Below, piece after piece: positions 43,952 through 57,879 of a DNA stretch of 64,000 nt. The notes below the pieces were generated by a model. The model did not search any database. It had not been told where the DNA came from and saw only the letters and a program-made list of their open reading frames with translations. A program made the position numbers and the translations under genes. The stretch is taken from assembly GCF_009914755.1 (NCBI RefSeq), contig NC_060927.1; one strand, 5' to 3'. How positions within the stretch are numbered: the first letter of the stretch is position 1; every line of letters starts with the position of its first letter. This stretch comes from the human T2T-CHM13v2.0 reference genome, Homo sapiens.

Positions 43952-46359
43952 CCTGGAATGTTTCTGAGGTGGTTCTTAAAGCAAAATTTCACGTGTGAGT
44001 CTCCACAAGCTGTTCTATCCACCCAAGTGGGAGCTACACATTAGCCCTGTCTCCTATCCACCATCTTCTTACCCCTCAGAAAATTTTTCCTTCAAATCTG
44101 AATATTGACCGTGTGCAGAGAAGGACAGGGATAGTCTGCTATTAGATTTTTTCAGTCTACCATGAGGAAATGAATGAGCATAAAAACTAAGATGATAAAA
44201 CAAAGAGATCCATAAAGGATCAGAATATTTTCTTTAGCAACACTTGGTTAAGCTTTTTAATCAAATCTCCACCAAGGAAGTGGCATTAACATCAGGACCA
44301 AGGAAACACATTCAATATTATTTTTAGTTTGTAACATATGTATTTATGTTTATAAATTAATAAAATTATAATCTTAGTATTCTTTTAACACTTTGAGAGA
44401 TGTGAGATTATGAGCTAAAGCTATTGGATTGTTAACAGGCTTTACTTCAGCAAGTTGAGCAGCCCCTGGCTCATTTGCATCTCGGTTTTTTTCTCATTAA
44501 TTTGAGCACAAGGAATATTTTAAAAAACATTTTAGAGGCAATCACAGAAACATAATCTAAAATCAAATCATATTTTTTTCTCTATGTAAAAAAGACCAAA
44601 ACAATATAAATACATCCTAACCAGTCTGTTTTCTCTGGAGGATAAATTTTCTGCTTACAAAATAGCCATACATTCCATCTTGTTCTTATTATAGTTTAAG
44701 TCATTTAATGAACTGTGAAAAGAATGTTACATGCCAGTATACCCTGTCCTCATACTAAACAGCTTTGGAGCACACTGCAGTAAATGTCAGTTTGTCATTC
44801 CTTGTTTAAAGGCTGATTCTTGTGGTTCCTTTGAGGTATCCAACTACACTTTAATGCCATTAAGTCATTATTTGTGTCCTCTTTTAGAACTGTTGAGTAC
44901 CTTCAAATGTACATCGGTTTTCAGCATAAACCCTCATATGTTGTAAATTTATAGAATTATATATTTTAAATAAAAATATGAAATTAAATTTATGAATTGT
45001 CTGCTCAGTGTGCAAAGCAGCATGACACATTTCAGTTGTGCTGATTTCACTGACCAACTTGTTAGTAAGGTGTGAAGCTGGTGTAAGAATTTTCTAAAAT
45101 CAAAACAAAACCTCCTGATCTGGATGTGCCTTTCTTGATGGATTAGCTATTTAGGGGAATGGCTCCAAGAAAGCCAGATGGGTAACATGCATGTCCAAGA
45201 TGACAGAAGTATGTGAATCATTTCTACAAAAGTGGAGCCCGCCCCACTAGTCTTGCAAACATTCAGGGCTGATTTTATATGGGATGAATGAAAACACTTG
45301 TGCCTTGCTGGCCCAGAGTGAGAGCTGCAAGTTACAATGCAACATTTGCCACTGCAAAGTTTCTTTGTTAGAAATTCTTATTTATTGAACAATTTATCTA
45401 CACACCCAGAATTGTGTTGGACTCCTGGGGGTGAGTCATATATAGTGATTAGTCAAGATGAGATCTCATAGGAAGTGTCTGTAGACCATTTGGATTTATA
45501 GGAATGAGAAAAAATGACCTAGGCGAAAAATTAGTGGAGAATCAAGGAATAGGCAAGGGAGGGTGTCTGCTGGTGAATGAGAGGCCCACAGGAGATATTT
45601 GGTCTTCTTGTCTTTGTGCTTTTTAAAATCGGTAGAGGGAAATTACTAGTTGCCTCCAACATAAATTCAACCTCTATGAGGAAAATATATTAAGCTGGAA
45701 AATCAGTTATTCCCCACCTCCAACAAGACTGAGTGAATTAGTTGGCATCAATAGTGCACACACTTGTCCAGGAGTAAATTTTTGAACTTGTGTGCATCCA
45801 TCTTGTTTTAATAACTAAAATGAGGGAATGAGTGCCTGAAATACAAACATTATCAACTTAAATTATAGACAAAAAGAAAAAGGAATGTTGAAACACTTCT
45901 ATATAAATCAGAATCAATGGCACTTTTTCCAATGATTATTTTTTCTAAAATCTTTTAAATTACAAATGTAAATGTTCTGGAAATCACACTGCATTGCCCA
46001 TCTTTCTTTACTGACTACCTAGAAATGCAAAAGTTTGGAGTTTATGAAAATTCTGTTTTTGATCTAATATCATGTGATGATTTCTCAGAGGGAAATATGA
46101 TTCTATATTTTTTAAAATAAAAAAGTTAATAAACCCTTTGAAAATTGATCAATGATCAGCAGTTAACTCTGGAAGAGAGACATCCCTTAATGGATCTACA
46201 GAACACTGAATAAATAATATATCCTGCAGTGGAAATATTACAATAAAATAGTTCCATATGAAGCATAATTTCATTGTTCAAGAAAATCAGAAAGAAATGG
46301 CCTTATGGGGGAGATCAAGGTGTGGCAGATAGCTTTTAATTAATGCAACAAATTTTAAT

Positions 46360-46620
46360 AATATACCTCATTTATAAAGTGTTTTCTATGTAACAAACAT
46401 GGTGCTAATATTTCACATGCTGTGTACCAGGCACTGTGCAAAATGCTTCTCATTTTATTATCACAGTGATACTATGAGGTAGGTGCAGTTATTACTATGC
46501 CCATTTTGTAGGTGAGTAAACTGAGATTATAAAAGTTTGAGTTACTTACCCAAGGTCATATAGTAATTATTTACAACTATACCTGACTAGCTCCAAAGCA
46601 TGTGCATAATGCAATGTTAT
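46360..46620 (-). mobile_element. MIR
   Basis: ccaggcactgtgc...ctatgaggtagg...cccattttgtaggtgagtaaactgag...cccaaggtcata. Confidence 0.85.
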
Positions 46621-46797
46621 AGAAATTGGAGCAATAAAATCCCTCATTTATAAAAGCAAACAAATATTTAAAGAACATTTATTCAAACTAAGCAAAGCCT
46701 TGATTCCATTTCAAGGCTGCTTACAACAAGACTGCTCAACATCATTATTTTTGGGAATCGCATTCCACACAGAATATAGTTATTTATAAGAATTATG

Positions 46798-47505
<708 letters not shown>

Positions 47506-47884
47506 TCATTTAGGTGAATATTTTTCTAAAGTTTGAATTCTCCTTACAATGTTCCCATCTAGTGATTATTTCCCATAAAGGAAAATTTCTCCCTGTTGGT
47601 TCTGTCACTTCCATTTTTGAACTATTCTGACAATGAGAATGCGTTTCTTATTAATTAACTTTTATATATACTAGTTGACCTTATTGATTGGAAAAAATGT
47701 TGTTTCAAAGTAGGAATTATTTTAAATTTAGCTGGACACCACACAAGGACCTAAATGGAACACAGATACCAGATTGGAACAGTTTAGTGAATACCATCAT
47801 TGCAACAGGAAACAAGTCATATAAAAACGTAGCATAACTTGGAAACAAATTATAGAAGTTAAGCTGCCAGAAGTCAAACAAGCA

Positions 47885-48060
47885 GTAAATAGCTTAACCT
47901 CTCTGAGCCTTCAATTTCTTCATCTGTAAAATCATGAAAAAAATTAATCTAGCAATTAGAGGGCTAATTTGATAAACTAGGAGGTATTATTGGGAACAAT
48001 CAGATAATATTAAATTAATTATGAAAAGTTGACAAACAGTATGTGTACTCATATTATTTT
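47885..48060 (+). mobile_element. MIR fragment
   Basis: cttaacctctctgagccttcaatttcttcatctgtaaaat. Confidence 0.7.
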
Positions 48061-49204
48061 GCACAAGTAAATTAAAATAAGTTTATAGAAAAAGTTCTGG
48101 AAAAACCCACAGTACACCAGAGTGGGTAACACTGATGTCTTTGGTCAGGCGGAGTGCATGGCTCACCCCTACACTAAACAAATATTTATTATGTTTATAC
48201 AATATGGCTCTTTTGATATGAATGTTCCAACTTTCCACATTAAAGACAGTTCAAAGCAGAAATACTTTTTGAAAGTCAATTAAAAGTAAAACATGCTTTT
48301 ATTTTGTCTACTCTTGCCAAATTCTGAAAAAGCAGACGAAAATGAGTAAGAGGGCAAACTCATCAAAATTTACAATGAACAAGATGTCAAATACTGAAAA
48401 TATTCATTTTTTTGGTTAAATAATTACTAAGATTAAATTATAATGTTGACCAACTTGCTTTTACTTATATTGTTTGCAAAATACTATTTGTAGTCAAAGT
48501 ATGTAAGTTTCTTGTCAAAAGTTGCCTAGTGTTATGTCTTTGAAAGACCTTTTGACCTAAAAGTTTGGAAAGCAAAAATGCTTTTGCTTAGACTCCTTGG
48601 AAGAGATAATCATTGTAACTTTGGGAAATATAACAGCCTCCTTAGGGTTGATATCTGGGATCCTTCCCATCAGAGGGATGTTGCACAAAATATGAAGAAG
48701 CATTTCATGTTGTTCACATAAATGTTGGGAAGGCTTTTTCTTGATACAATTTGTATCATGCAGAGCCTTCTCTCTCCGTAGGTAAAGAGTGGGGCTCAGG
48801 TAAGGGATACTATATAGTGCTACATAGACCTACTCCTTTAGTAGCCTTTGGCTTGAGGGCTGTTTTGCCAGAAGACCTTCCATACTCAATGACATCAATT
48901 GTGGGGTGTTTTAAAGACAGTTGTATTAGCTTGCCAGTTAATTTTATTTTGTTAGACGTTTGTTTTTATTTTTATTTTGAAATTTCCAATTTGATCATTT
49001 ACATTGACAAGATTAACAGTTACTGCCTATAGAATAACTGTTTACTAGCATAATAGATGTAAAAACCAGGCATTTGATGAACCAGTGGTATTGGGAACAT
49101 TCAGATAAAATCAAGAAAAAAAAAGAGATTTTATTGAGAAGAGACAGGTCTTCTCAGAGGATCAATTGACATTAGGACCGTGTAATGAAACTAGAGAACA
49201 TGAA

Positions 49205-49380
49205 GTTGTGGTAGAGAGAGAAGTGTATGGGGTGTCAGAATTCCTGAGTTTGAGGCTAGTCTGTCACAATTGTGACCTCAGACAACTCATTTAACTTCCT
49301 TGCCCACAAGTTTTCTTATTTCTTAAGTATGGATAATAATAACAGATGGATTCCCTACCCATGGTAGGGTTGACTCTAAT
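49205..49380 (+). mobile_element. MIR fragment
   Basis: ggggtgtcaga...ctgagtttgag...tgtgacctcagacaactcatttaacttc...ggataataataac. Confidence 0.65.
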
Positions 49381-51070
49381 AAGATACTTTTCTCCCAGGT
49401 GATTGAAGGGAATGCTAGAGGTTGGAGATGTAAGCTAAGTTTATGGAAATGGCTAAGAGACTCTTAAATCTGTGTATCTAATATTCAGTTGTAATTGTTT
49501 TTAGCATTGCTGTCACCTTAACCCATTGGTACACTGTGCAATATGCACAAAGGCATTGTGTGAGTGGGGTTAATTTTGTGAAAATCTGACAGATACTATG
49601 TCTGAGTTATCTGGTTTGGAATAGGGACAGCATATATAAAACCTCAAGGTGGTCCATAATTTAAAATGGAACGAGGAGCTGGGACCAGATGTAACTGAAA
49701 AGCCAGCCACCCCACTCCCCATGCTGCCACTGATAAAAGTGACATTTGTTTCCTTTGTCTCCCCCGTAAGATCTTTATTAGCAGAGACCTTGGCATTTTT
49801 TGCACTTCCTGCTTTGTCAATAAAGTATGAAACACATAATATAATTGGCCATTTTCATGGATAAAAACAATTCAGGTATACAACGTGACAGAGGTTCAGT
49901 TTGATTTTACATATTTGTCCCAACCTCTATCACTAGAGATAAATCTCAAGTATGCAATTAAAGATTTGTTCACAATTAATATTTCTTGTCACTTGTTGGT
50001 ACAAACTAATAGGATAGCTATGAGCAACTGAATAAAAATATAGTTGAGATAATACAGTGAATGATGGTTTAGGTGGTTTATTCGGGCAGAAAAACTCTTA
50101 CTTTGAGAAAAATCCAGATGGGTGTTTTTGTTTAACATTAATTCACATAGTGCTTAATATTGTTTGATATAATTGTTTACTACTTTGATACCATCTAGGC
50201 TTCGGTTACTTTTTTTTTTTTGACAGGGGCTTTTGGATGTTGTTTTGCTGAATTTCTCTAAGCAGCGGTTTATAAGAAAAGCTATAAGACTAATGAATAT
50301 AAACTTCTTCCAGTGATGTGAGCAGATAGAAACTGTGGGAAAGAGACCTATAAAGAATGCAGTGCTGGTTAAATTGAGCCCAGGCTCTCCTCCACCCCCA
50401 ATACTTATGGCTACAAGAATTCAAGGGACACATAAATGTATTGAAGCAATTCGGCCTAGAATTCTACAATATGCTCAATAAATATTTGTCATCTGCTATA
50501 TAAAAAGCATATTATTGGGCACTGAGTTTAAAAGCAAATATGAGCAAAATATGGTCCTGTAAATAACCCAGACTCAAAATTATAATCTAGACTCAAAATT
50601 TAGTTTATAATGTAGGTATTAAATTAATAATATCATGAACTGCCCTAAGAGAAGCTCAAATAATGAGCTACAAGATTCAGAGGAGGACATGCCATTTCCG
50701 GTGGCTTGATCTGGGGACATGAGATTTTAGTTGTGCCTTGAGGTTGGATTGGATTTAATAGCTGAACACAGAAAGGAAGAGAAAGTGGGGGAGAATCTCA
50801 ATAGAGTGAATGACACTTATTTGCATCTAAAATCTCTCATTGATTTGCTTTTGACCATCACTGTTACTGTATTCATCAATACCCTAGTTACTTCTTACCT
50901 GTTCTATGGCAACTGCCTCCTTAACAAGTCTCATCGTCTTGCCTCTTCTGATTTATCCTTGGAAATATATTGCCACATATGTTATTCTACTACTAAAACA
51001 CATTCAGTAGCTTCTCATTGTATTGATCAAGTCCATTTACAAGGCCCTTCATAACCTGGCCCAATTCTAC

Positions 51071-51277
51071 CAGTGGTGATTTTGTACCCCAGAGAACATT
51101 AACAGTGCAACATCTGGAGACATTTTCAGTTGTCACAGCTCAGGGGAGGGTGCTCCCTGCATCCAACAGGAGAGGTCAGGGATGCTGTTAAATATTCTAT
51201 AAAGCACAGAATAGCCTCCCCTCACAACAAGGAATTATCTGGCCCAAATGTCAATAGTGCTTAGGTTAAGAAACCTT
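51071..51277 (+). mobile_element. MER20 hAT-Charlie DNA transposon
   Basis: ggtgattttgtacccc...ctggagacattttcagttgtcac...cacaacaaggaattatctggcccaaatgtcaatagtgc...gttaagaaacc. Confidence 0.9.
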
Positions 51278-51589
51278 CGTTTATATAGCAATTCAATTGT
51301 GTAATTATAACAACAAATACAACAGATTTTGGCAGATACCACTGACTCTTAACAAACATAAAATTTAACTAGTGGCTATATAATCCCATGGGTAAGCAGG
51401 AAAATAATCTTTTAGCTATAAGCATTTAGCATGTTCTACATGTTAGCCAATATATTTATACAGGCATGTAGTGCCTGTTTAACCTTGAGTGTTGTTTTAG
51501 TGGGTGTTAATTGAGGCAGCTTTTACTAAAGTTGTATTTTCCTGAACAAACTACCTATCTTTCTATTGTTGGACGTTTGCATATCCCTT

Positions 51590-51888
51590 TGCTGTTCTCC
51601 CACCTGGCAAACTTATGCTTATCTTTCAAGCCTCAGCTTAAATATCACATTCAAGCAGAAACTTGCCCCCACTGTTTATGCAATCATTTGGCCTAACCAT
51701 TTCTTAATACCTCACTTACAATATACTTCACAGAGAATTGTAATTATCTACAATGTATGTTTCTTCTATAGTTAGAGCAAACTCTTTGAAGAAAGGGTTC
51801 ATGTTTTCATCTTTGCATCCCCGTGACTTATAATAGTATCTGGCACATAAATAAGCAACCAATATATGTTGACTTAGTAAATAAATGG
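51590..51888 (+). mobile_element. L2 3' end
   Basis: atctttcaagcctcagcttaaatatcac...tctggcacataaataagca...aatatatgttgacttagtaaataaatg. Confidence 0.75.
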
Positions 51889-52499
51889 GGAGGGATGAAA
51901 AAATGATATGTATCCTAGAGACAGGGAGTAGTCTGTTTTGTATGAAAAAGAAGACATGAATAAAAGAATAGTAAAAGATCAGACTGCAAAGATATTTGTG
52001 AGTTACATTATTGAATGCTTTCAAAGCCTGGACTTAGTAGTTTATTCAGGAGGATTTAAAGAAAATAGAATGTGTTTTTCTATTAAGAGGTGACATAAAG
52101 TGACATGGTAGAAACATTAATCTGGTGGAGGTATTAGAAAGTATTTGGTAATTACAAAGCATTTAGTCATTTAATAAAAATGTATATGGGCTTATATAAA
52201 TATTGTGGTTTTTAGTGCTTTAGAGAGCATGTGAACTCAATCTGGGGTCACTCCCAAGCCTGGAAGAGAATGAGAAGGAGGCAGTAGAATATCATTATAA
52301 TCATACTACTTGTCCCAGGGGATCCATGTATTCTACTGAAGAGTGGGAGTAGTTCAAAATGGAGAAATGAGGAAACCATGACAAAGAGTCTGGATAATCA
52401 TTAGAACTGATTAAAGTCAGGCTGCCCTAGATTGAAAAGTGTGTGCCTCTGCTCACAGGTATGCTTTTTTTTTGGTACATTCCATGGTGGGCATTGCTA

Positions 52500-53142
52500 T
52501 TTGTATCTAGGTTATCTTAGAAGAATCTGGTAGCTCTTTTTTCTGCCCACTCAACTTTTCCATCTTCCTTTTCATAGCTACAATATTTCCTTTCCTTTGG
52601 CAGACTCCTCTCTTCTTTACATGGTCCTGGTATACATATTGATCATTGCATTCCTATCCTCTACCTTCCCAGGCACATAGTTGAATACATGAATCAGGCT
52701 GAGCCAGTCGCGGTACCACATCCACTAGAACAGTTATTATTGACAGCAGTGTACATATCAACTAAACAAGGCCAATCAGAATTATTCTCCAGAACCTTAC
52801 AGTGGGAGGTAGATAGGAATGACTTTCTCATGCTTAGCATGCAACCTGTAAGAATGTGGATCTGAATTGTCAGTGGCCGTCAATTCATGCATGGAGTGAG
52901 ACTGCAAAGAGTAGAAAATAAAGAAGCCAAATACAAAGAGAAGCAGAGAACAACAGCATCATGGTATTCCTGAGGCCCCTGACTCAGTCCCTGAATCACT
53001 GGTCTCTGTGGCTTCTCTTCCAAGTTAATGATCTATCTCAGTGTGCTTCCTAACCAGATGAGTCAACTCATTTCTCTTTTTCTTTCCATTAATTTTTGTT
53101 GGGTTGTGGTCATATGCAACCAAAGGAATCTTAACTAATAGA
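52500..53142 (+). mobile_element. Old ERVL/MaLR LTR (MLT1K- or LTR16-like)
   Basis: caggctgagccag...aggccaatcaga; end gtcatatgcaaccaaaggaatcttaactaata. Confidence 0.6.
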
Positions 53143-54579
53143 ATTACCCCTTACCTAAGGATATAATAATGCGGGGGTGCAGCCATCTAGCAGTAGTCTG
53201 GGATCTGAAATATCAGCTTTTATGCTATACAAACATTTCCCTCAGTATTCATTGGTGATGCAAAGTTAGGAATAATCCACCTTGGTTCTCTACCATCTCT
53301 AAATTTCCTCTCAAAATCCAGCAAAATTATTAAAAATCTAAAAATGAAAGCTTTAAATTCTAATAGCAAAAGAGTTCAAATCATTAAAATATGAAGAGAC
53401 TTTTTCTCTTCCTTTATATTACCTCAGCAGTGACTCAGAGTGTGTATACATCCTAATGTAGTCTGCCCATTAGGTCCAGATGAGGCTTCCCTTATTGAGA
53501 CACTTAACAACCACAAAGATAGGTTTTCTTCCAGTATCCCCACTCCCCAGTAGACAATGATGAACAAAAAGGACAGGATAACAGCAGAACCCACTCTGAT
53601 TTGGGGAGGGGGAGAAGGGAGACAGCCAGTGGTCATTAGGCTGTGGAAGTTTTGAAATCCAACTGAGTAGACATTGGGAGTAGACTCTGGGTTGAGAGAG
53701 CTTCCTTAAATCTTTAGGTTGTGATGCTGTTTATAGGAGGCATCTCTTTGTCTATAGATGTTTGCAGGATGTATCTTTTTTTCTTCTTCAGTGGATCTGA
53801 AGTGGATATTGGAAGTACATGCCCTCCTTGGATGCTGAATAGCTTTCTCAGGCCATTCACATGAAAACAGCTTGGAGGTTCGTCTTGCTTTCAATCAAAT
53901 GCTTTTTTGGTCATGTTCCAGTATTTTTGGCAATGCAATCTATCAAGAGGCTTTTGATCTGTATATCACAAGTAAATTTTACATACCAGTAATCACACTA
54001 AAAGCTGCTTTCAAAATAGGATTTTCAGATCTGCTTTATTTCTGTGCTTCTTCATACATGCGCCTTGCTTTTTTGAGGCTATCTTGGGGCTGTTGAGCTT
54101 AAATGGGAAGATTATACCCTTAATCTGAATTTGCCTAGAAACACTTGAATGAACTGAAAGTTTTTCTTGGGTATTTGTCACTCAAAGCCTTTTTAGTCCT
54201 GTTTCTTACTTTTGAGGTATAGAAGCAGTTGACTTTCCAGATTGAAAGTCCCTGAATTTCTGGTCTTTCCCTACAAATTATCTTCCAATCCGCTTTCCCA
54301 CGGTCAATTCTTTCTGAGTTTATATAAGAGCCACCAATGCACAGTACTAAAGTTCTATTTTCTACCCTTGTCTCTAAACTCCTGGCTCAATACCCATATG
54401 AGCTGACTTCCAAGTCACTGCATATGATGGTTTTGTCAAATATTTCACCACTGAAAAACACATTCTCATTATCATTTCAGCTGCTGATATCAGTTTCCTT
54501 GATGCTCATTACCCACTAAGCAAATTCATATGTTTTAGGTTGTTTTTATACCAACACTTCACATTGAGGTACTAGTATT

Positions 54580-54950
54580 CTTATTAGAATAATTAATGCT
54601 AGCTGGCGCAACAGACATTCTGAAATATCAGTGCTTATACAACAAAGCTTTGATCTTGTTTACACTGCATGCTCAGAGGAGTTGGTGGACATGATGATCC
54701 ATGAAGTTATTCAGGAAACCAGGCTAATGGAGCTACACCCCTGGGAACACCTGGAGTTTGGGGTCCCCCTGGCACAGGAAGAGAAGGATGAAGTTACACA
54801 CTAATTTCCAACTCCTGGAGTTATAAACAAATATCTTTTCTATTCGTGGTCTATTTGCCTTAACTAGTCACCGGACTGTAACCTAATTGCAAGCGAGGTT
54901 GGGAAACACAGGGAGCATATGGAATAGTCGGTGAGTCCTGTCTCTGTCCC
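54580..54950 (-). mobile_element. MLT1J-like LTR
   Basis: gctagctg...aaatatcagtgcttatacaacaaag...ttcaggaaaccaggct...aactagtcac...ctaattgcaag. Confidence 0.65.
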
Positions 54951-55029
54951 AGGAACCTACTGTGGGAATATAAAGATGTAAGAGGAAGACTAAGCATTAG
55001 CCAGGAACATCCTGGAAGGAAAGTATCAG

Positions 55030-55420
55030 GTAGTAATTAGTTATGTTCAACAAACATTTCCAGTTCTTTTCTCCAGCATGCTGTACTTCTCTATTTTCCT
55101 GGAGGTGGATTGGTCTTGTGCTTTGGTCATTAGTTACTTTGGGCAATGAAATGTGAACAGAATGAAATGTATTTCTTCCAGGTGGACTCCCTAAGCAATT
55201 TGTTGAGTACTATCTTTCCATCTGCCTCAATGACCAGTGGTGTTCCACGATAGAGGTTGCTGCATTAGCCTGGGGACAAAAGTGAGCATGACAGGAAGCA
55301 GAAACTCCGCCAAATCACACAGACATGTAGTGAGAATGTGAAATAAATCCCAGTTTCAAGTCTCTGGGATGTGCATGGCTGTTTATCAGCAAAACAGATT
55401 TCATTCCACTGTGACTGACA
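55030..55420 (+). mobile_element. MLT1 (H/I/J-like) LTR
   Basis: ctttgggcaatgaaatgtgaacaga...gacatgtagtgagaatgtgaaataaat...gtgactgaca. Confidence 0.6.
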
Positions 55421-55944
55421 TTACATGTTTTTATCTTTGTTTCTTTAATACTAGGGACTCAACAAATGACTGTTGAAGGGATTTTTAAGTGACTACTCTG
55501 CTTGTTTTACTACTATTTCCCTTGTGTACCTTGGTATCTCTTATTAGCAATGATGTTCCCAAGCAATATAAACACATTTTCTAATAGTTCCCTGGATAGA
55601 ATTCAAGCCAGTAGCCATTCACAACCTGGAGCTATAATGAAGAATATGAGCAGGGCCACCCATGGCTTCTCTTAGCCTTACTTTCAAAGCAACATTCTCT
55701 CTGCAAGTGAATTTTAGCAGAATGTCCTTCAAATACAAACCCTTTCATTACTTCTCTTTCTTTCTCATTTTCTCTCTCCTTTCCTTCTTGCCTCAATATT
55801 ATCCTTCCTTCATTTTTTTGGGGAAGAAAATTATTTCTTCATTATGATAACAGCACAATGCATATTAGAGTATTCTTAGGAAATATAAAGTGGCTTGATT
55901 TTACATTTGGATTTAATTATAGGTAGAATTATAATGGAAAATTC

Positions 55945-56090
55945 ACTAGGCTTGTATTCAGGAAATCTAGGTTTAAATTCTGTCTCTGCTACTTACTAGC
56001 TGCGGAAATTTAGTTAATTTATTCATCTGCAAAATGGGGCTAATAGGTGCTGGGTCTTCCATAGTGTTGTTATGAAAATAAAAATATAAT
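55945..56090 (+). mobile_element. MIR
   Basis: ctaggtttaaattctgtctctgctacttactagctg...tcatctgcaaaatggggctaata. Confidence 0.8.
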
Positions 56091-56251
56091 AAAATATGAT
56101 GGTTGTAACTCCTCTTTTAATGTCACCATAAACACCAGAGGTACTGTTATCATAGAACATTTTTTTCCATAACTTTTGCTTGTTTTTATTAAGTGCTTTT
56201 AAACTTGAGGAAACCCATGAGACAGACTTATCTGATTTCAAACTGTATTGA

Positions 56252-56678
<427 letters not shown>

Positions 56679-57056
56679 TGATATTTAAATATGGGATTTA
56701 CTCAATCCAAAGAGATTTCGGCTTTTGAACTTTATACAGCAACGAAAAGATAAAATGGAAAGATTGAATCTGCAGAAAGTTATGAGAACTCTTTGCAGTT
56801 TAAATAGATAACAAGCGAAATTATGTTTACCAATAATTTTGATATTTACTTTCAATTCTTCTGACTAGGGAACTGGCAAAACTTGTAGGTAGGTTGTGCT
56901 TGAAAGAACTGTGACTAATAGTTGCTTCCTGTTGCTTTCCTGGTTCTCTTCTCTTTTGTTGTACCATTTTGAATCATCCAATGACTTTTGTGATCCTTGC
57001 TGTTGATGACCCACCAGTGTACCAAATGGTTTTTTGTTGTTGTTTTGATTTGGCTC

Positions 57057-57058
<2 letters not shown>

Positions 57059-57089
<31 letters not shown>
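57059..57089 (+). repeat. Poly(T)31 homopolymer
   Basis: 31 uninterrupted T with no adjacent Alu body. Confidence 0.95.
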
Positions 57090-57091
<2 letters not shown>

Positions 57092-57209
57092 AATTTAAAG
57101 GAATTTTCAGTCTTTACAAAGTAATTTTCTCAAACATTTTAAATAGAGTTCTTATGTATGGTTATTTTTAAAGAACTAAGCGTTGCTGTTCTTAATTTCA
57201 TATAATTCA

Positions 57210-57670
57210 AGGCAGATAGGTCAGATCACTTCTCTTGCCTCCTCAATCACTCTCAGCTCTTCTATATCTTGTTTTCTGCCAGACAGGTTGACTCATGTGG
57301 ACCACATCATAAGTTCCCACACCCTTTTCATTCCTACTGAGTTTGCCCAGTTTGCCAATGGGGAGCCCTGGCAGTAGATTGGAGGGAAGGGGAATGAGGC
57401 CCCGGCACCCTTGCTGCAAGGTCTCTTCCTGCTGGCTGTGTCTCTCCAACAGAATATTGACTCCCGTAAGGCAGTAGGCATGACTCTGTGGATCCTGTAC
57501 TATGTCTGCCCCTCTTAATAGCTTAGGTATTAGGCTATTACTAATCCTTGGATGTATGCTTCCCATAATCCACATCTTTGCAAATAGTCTCTTTGTAAAT
57601 AAACCCTCATGAAATTATTCTATTTTGAACTACACCATCTGTTTTCTCTTGGGATGGTAAGTAATTCAGT
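57210..57670 (+). mobile_element. LTR33-like ERVL LTR
   Basis: tttgccaatggggagccctggcag...tgcaaatagtctctttg...taaaccctc...ccatctgttttctcttggga. Confidence 0.65.
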
Positions 57671-57879
57671 GGATGTCTCCGTTTGGATCTGCTCTCCATG
57701 TTCCTACTTTCTCTTTTATTGTTGCTGTTGTTGTTGGCACTTTATGGGTATATGATGCCTGCTATGCATGCCCTTTCTGTGTATTTTTTCTATTTAGCAT
57801 GATGTGTCTTTTTGTTCTCTGCCTTTATGTTCTCCGCCAAATGAGTGCTGTAATTTTCACATCTGTAATGTGTTTCTTT

